Assembly (NCBI GenBank): GCA_003599345.1
Contig: QZJP01000069.1
Span: forward strand, 1-63,937
Origin: Bacillota bacterium
Lineage (GTDB): Bacteria > Bacillota > Sulfobacillia > UBA995 > UBA9673
Direction of reading: 5' to 3'
DNA: 63,937 bases
The notes below the pieces were generated by a model that saw only the letters and a list, made by a program, of their open reading frames with translations, made no database searches and was not told the origin of the DNA. The translations under genes were made by a program, and so were the position numbers. Positions 60,991 to 63,937 of the stretch are shown piece after piece. How positions within the stretch are numbered: the stretch's first letter is position 1; every line of letters starts with the position of its first letter.

Positions 60991-61090
60991 GGCCACGGGT
61001 GGCTAGGACCCGTGGCCGTTTAACGTCTTCACGGACGGAAGTCCGGTGCGGCCACGGAGGCAGGAAGCTGCCGTGGCCGCTTTACGTCTG
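60991..61090 (+). repeat. Duplicated hairpin module (two tandem terminator-like stem-loops sharing arms and tails)
   Basis: Unit A is GGCCACGGG-N9-CCCGTGGCC + GTTTAACGTCT (60991-61028). Unit B is GCGGCCACGG...CCGTGGCCGC + TTTACGTCT (61048-61089). A GGAA-tetraloop hairpin at 61030-61048 lies between them. Confidence 0.55.
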
Positions 61091-61198
61091 TGGAGGCGCC
61101 ACCCGGCGAGGCGGAGGGAACGGATGGCCGGCTGAGGCCGAGGCCAGGCAAGCGAACTGAAGCAGGTCAAAGCCTGCGGAGTCAAGGAGTGAACAGCG

Positions 61199-61855
61199 TT
61201 GTCTCGCAGAGCGACAGTCACCCGAACCCGGGGCTCCGTCCACTGGGTCGGGTACTTAGGTGAGGAAATCCCGTGCGCCGTGGATCGGAGGAGGAACGGA
61301 CGCCGGGGAGCTACCGGAAGGGTCCTTCCGGGAGACGAAGTTGAGATCGAACGGCAGTCCGATGGGACCTACGTCATAAGCGACACCAGGCCCAGGCGCA
61401 ACGAGCTCGCATGGGCCCGGACCCACGGGCGGAGCCCGGTGTCGGCCGCGAACGTGGACTGCATGGTCATAGTCGAGTCGGCGGTGAAGCCCGAGTTCAA
61501 TCGCCGCGTGGTCGACAGGCTCTTGGCCGCGGCCAAGCGGCGCGGGACCGGGGCGCTCGTCGTGGTGACCAAGTGCGACCTGACCGACGAAAGCCTTGTC
61601 CGGTCGCAGGTGGCACGCCTGGCGGAGGAGGGCGTGGACGTCGTCCCGACCAGCGCGGTTAGCGGCGCGGGGCTGGCGGCCGTGCGGGCCCGCCTTCGCG
61701 GCCGGATCTCGGCCATCGTGGGGAGGCCCGGGGTCGGCAAGAGCCGCTTGGTTCGGGCTCTGTACCCGGGGCACGACCCGGAGGCCGACCCGGCGATCGC
61801 CACCCGTCGTGCGGAGTTGCACCCGGTTCCCGGGGGTGGCTACGTTGTCCTCTGA
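61199..61855 (+). CDS. Degenerate, C-terminally truncated RsgA/YjeQ paralogue
   Basis: 218 aa. It aligns along its length to the next gene (OB fold, TKCD, GRPGVGKS). It lacks the GKGRHTT and DTPG motifs and the zinc finger. AAGGAG lies 9 nt before the TTG start. Confidence 0.7.
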   Translation: MSRRATVTRTRGSVHWVGYLGEEIPCAVDRRRNGRRGATGRVLPGDEVEIERQSDGTYVISDTRPRRNELAWARTHGRSPVSAANVDCMVIVESAVKPEFNRRVVDRLLAAAKRRGTGALVVVTKCDLTDESLVRSQVARLAEEGVDVVPTSAVSGAGLAAVRARLRGRISAIVGRPGVGKSRLVRALYPGHDPEADPAIATRRAELHPVPGGGYVVL

Positions 61856-62750
61856 ACAGGCCACGGATGGCCTGGTCACCAGATCTGAAGGGTCGGTGTT
61901 CTGGGTCGAGACGGGCGGCCGCGAGATACCGTGCGCCCTCCGGGGGAGGATGAAGAAGCGGCAACTCCGCGTGTCGAGCCTGGTCGTCGTGGGCGACCAG
62001 GTCATCGTGGAGACCCTGGCCGACGGGACGGGGGTCATAGAGGAGCGCTTGCCCAGGCAGACCGAACTGGTCCGGCCGGGTTTCCGGGGCTTGCCCCACG
62101 TAATCGCCGCCAATCTCGACCAGCTGGTCATCGTGCAGTCGGCGCGGCAACCCAGCTTCAAGCGGCGCCTCACGGAGAGGTTCATGGCGACGGCCCGGCG
62201 CGGGGCGATGTCGGCTCTGGTCGTGGTCAACAAGTGTGACCTCGAGGACAAGAGAGTCGTGGAATCGTGGGTCGAGCCCCTGGCCGCCGGCGGGGCCGAG
62301 GTGGTGCTCACCAGTGCGGTGACGGGATTGGGCGTCGACGAACTCCGGAGCCGTCTCGTCGGACGCGTCTCAGGGATGGCCGGGCAGTCAGGCGTGGGTA
62401 AGTCGAGCCTGATCACCGCCATGTTCCCTGAGTACTCCATCCGGACGGCGGCCACCAGCGAGGGCACGGGCAAGGGCCGCCATACGACCACGTCGAGCCG
62501 CCTCTACCCGTTGCCCGGAGGCGGCTACCTGGCGGACACACCCGGGATTCGGGAACTCGGGCTGTTCGAGGACAGCGACGAAGACGTGGCTGGGGTGTTT
62601 CCCGAGATCGAGGCTATGGCCGCGGGCTGCGGGTTCCGGGACTGCACGCACACACACGAGCCTAGTTGCGCCGTGAAGGATGCGGTCGAGAACGGAGAGA
62701 TAGACGAGGACCGCTACCGGAACTACGTCCGGATGCGGCGACGGCAGTGA
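61836..62750 (+). CDS. rsgA: Ribosome small-subunit-dependent GTPase A (GTG 61836 or TTG 61845 start)
   Basis: It has the circularly permuted GTPase order NKCD, GQSGVGKSSL, GKGRHTT, DTPG. The zinc finger reads CGFRDCTHTHEPSCAV. Confidence 0.9.
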   Translation: MATLSSEQATDGLVTRSEGSVFWVETGGREIPCALRGRMKKRQLRVSSLVVVGDQVIVETLADGTGVIEERLPRQTELVRPGFRGLPHVIAANLDQLVIVQSARQPSFKRRLTERFMATARRGAMSALVVVNKCDLEDKRVVESWVEPLAAGGAEVVLTSAVTGLGVDELRSRLVGRVSGMAGQSGVGKSSLITAMFPEYSIRTAATSEGTGKGRHTTTSSRLYPLPGGGYLADTPGIRELGLFEDSDEDVAGVFPEIEAMAAGCGFRDCTHTHEPSCAVKDAVENGEIDEDRYRNYVRMRRRQ

Positions 62751-62760
62751 CGGCTGAGGC

Positions 62761-62910
62761 GGACCGAACCCGGCGTCGGGGCTCCGGTTCGGTCGAGGCA
62801 TGCGGCAGGGGGCAGGCGCGTCGGGGCTCCGGTTCGGCCTTGACGAACAGAGGTCCGGCTGGCGCCGTCTCTCTTGGTTCGAAGGCGGCCTTGCCGGAGC
62901 CCCGACGCGC
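62761..62910. repeat. Repeat/hairpin module between convergent rsgA and ldt genes
   Basis: A 9-bp stem pairs GACCGAACC with GGTTCGGTC (62761-62793). A 20-nt direct repeat GCGTCGGGGCTCCGGTTCGG lies at 62772 and 62817. An 18-bp perfect inverted repeat pairs GGCGCGTCGGGGCTCCGG (62814-62831) with CCGGAGCCCCGACGCGCC (62893-62910). Confidence 0.55.
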
Positions 62911-62988
62911 CTACTTTGCCGAAGGCGGCCTCAGCGGATGCCCCGGCCGGGCGGCTCCGCCGGACTCCAACGACGCGGATCTGCCGTT

Positions 62989-63888
62989 CTAGTAGCCTAG
63001 GGCCCGCCAGGTGTTGGGCCCGACGACTCCGTCCACCGCCAACCCGCGGCTCTGCTGGAAGTCCCTGACGGCCTGCTCGGTCAGGGGCCCGAACACGCCG
63101 TCGACAGCCCCGCTGTAGAAGCCCAGGCTTTGAAGCTTCGTCTGCACTTCGGTCACGTACGGTCCGGTGGACCCTCTGGAGAGAGTCGGCCGCCCGCCGC
63201 CGTCCGAACCTCCGCCGCCGCTCGGCGAACCTCCGCCTTCGCCGCCGGCTCCTCCGCGGACAATGCGGACCGGTGTGCCGATGCGGACCCAGTCGAAGAG
63301 CTCCTCGGCGTTCCGGTTGTGCAGCCGGATACATCCGTTCGAGACGGCGTGCCCGATGGAGGACGGGTTGTTGGTCCCATGGATGCCGTAGTTTCCGGAC
63401 GGAACGTTGAGCCCCATCCACCGCGTCCCGAGAACCGCCCAGTCAGGGTTCACGACCTTGGTCGCTATCTCCCAGTTGCCCACCGGCGACGGGGTACTCG
63501 GTTTCCCGACGGCGCAGGGGTAGACGCGGATTTCCTGGCGGCCGGAGTAGACGTGGAGCCGTCGGGCTACCGTGTCTATGGTAATGCGGACGTCCTTGGG
63601 CTTCCCCCATGGACCGCCGGGCGCCGGCGGGGTGGGAGTGGACGGGCTGAAGCCCAGGGCGCGGTAGGTGGCGGCGTTGACCACGCCGTTGTCCGTCAGT
63701 CCCCGCGCGCGCTGAAAAGCCATGACGGCCTGTTCGGTCATGGGTCCGAAGATCCCGTCGAGTCCGTAGGTCTCAAACCCTAGTTCCGTCAGGCGTCTCT
63801 GGACGGCCAACACGTCCGAGCCTGTCAGATACGGGCGAGTCAGATAGAGCTCGCGCCAGCCGACCTCCCCGGACATGGTCTTGACCAT
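62989..63888 (-). CDS. L,D-transpeptidase (YkuD domain) flanked by two peptidoglycan-binding domains
   Basis: 299 aa. The catalytic motif is YGIHGTNNPSSIGHAVSNGCIRL. PG_binding_1 motifs sit at both ends (VLAVQRRLTELGF...GIFGPMT and VTEVQTKLQSLGFY...GVFGPLT). A Gly-rich linker joins them. Confidence 0.9.
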   Translation of the reverse strand: MVKTMSGEVGWRELYLTRPYLTGSDVLAVQRRLTELGFETYGLDGIFGPMTEQAVMAFQRARGLTDNGVVNAATYRALGFSPSTPTPPAPGGPWGKPKDVRITIDTVARRLHVYSGRQEIRVYPCAVGKPSTPSPVGNWEIATKVVNPDWAVLGTRWMGLNVPSGNYGIHGTNNPSSIGHAVSNGCIRLHNRNAEELFDWVRIGTPVRIVRGGAGGEGGGSPSGGGGSDGGGRPTLSRGSTGPYVTEVQTKLQSLGFYSGAVDGVFGPLTEQAVRDFQQSRGLAVDGVVGPNTWRALGY

Positions 63889-63937
63889 GGAGACACCCCC
63901 AAGCCAACCTATGCCGCCGGTGCGGGGGGTGGGAGAA

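Noticed and set aside
60920-61080. I considered a large (Bacillus-type) SRP RNA, because of UCCGCUCUAG and a GGAA-tetraloop hairpin.
   Set aside because: The domain IV symmetric-loop consensus (AGGUCCGGAAGGAAGCAGC) is not present, and I could not build the long helix 5 by eye. The match is too short to call and needs a covariance-model scan.
61030-61235. I noticed RNase P RNA-like strings: GGAAGUCCGG at 61037-61046 and GACAGUCACCCGAACCCGG at about 61213-61231.
   Set aside because: The other conserved RNase P regions (GGUAAGAGC-type, AGCAAGGCCAAAUAGG-type) are absent. The first string lacks one A of the P4 consensus. The second string lies in codons of the first rsgA paralogue that align with the second copy.
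62870-62890. tRNA T-arm-like GGTTCGAA strings occur here and at about 125-133.
   Set aside because: No acceptor stem or anticodon arm can be drawn around them. The second occurrence lies inside the tyrA coding frame.

Overview
This is a very GC-rich bacterial chromosomal window. Third codon positions are almost all G/C, so every real gene casts long Arg/Pro/Gly-rich shadow ORFs in other frames. I saw no rRNA, tRNA, CRISPR array, transposase or integrase. Gene content (AddAB rather than RecBCD, hemA-hemX adjacency, a SpoVB/MurJ-type flippase, tandem M42 peptidases) suggests a high-GC Bacillota-like lineage; that is an inference. In order the window holds: (1) a translationally coupled shikimate superoperon, tyrA'-aroA-aroE-aroC-aroK::aroB-aroQ. 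(2) A membrane protein, an M28 peptidase and a D-cysteine desulfhydrase/ACC-deaminase homologue. (3) A seven-gene minus-strand operon: BlaI-like repressor, sensor-less BlaR1/M56 protease, DUF2318-type Cys-rich protein, small PepSY-like protein, then FtsX permease-ABC ATPase-FtsX permease. (4) Divergent from it, an orphan glycyl-radical enzyme of the Cys-x-Glu class with its activase. (5) A patchy lower-GC stretch with YbjQ, a small membrane protein and an excisionase-type HTH gene. (6) An OmpR/HK two-component pair. (7) Three tandem M42 peptidases. (8) A flippase, an M24 peptidase, a PBP-like::CapA fusion and a secreted PHP-domain protein. (9) An 11.4-kb heme operon combining the C5 pathway with the siroheme-dependent Ahb route; it includes a 1096-aa SirC-HemC-CobA-HemD four-domain fusion and a fused AhbA-AhbB. 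(10) addA/addB. (11) A MATE exporter, a polysaccharide deacetylase and a triple BsuPI-domain protein. (12) A membrane protein plus methyltransferase. (13) A hairpin-rich 358-nt intergenic region followed by two tandem rsgA paralogues, the first degenerate. (14) A repeat/hairpin module and an L,D-transpeptidase. The best candidates for something undescribed are the BlaI/BlaR1-headed DUF2318-ABC operon paired with the orphan GRE, the four-domain tetrapyrrole fusion within the all-in-one Ahb heme operon, and the degenerate-plus-intact RsgA pair with its structured leader. All calls come from reading translated motifs by eye; no searches or folding programs were run.
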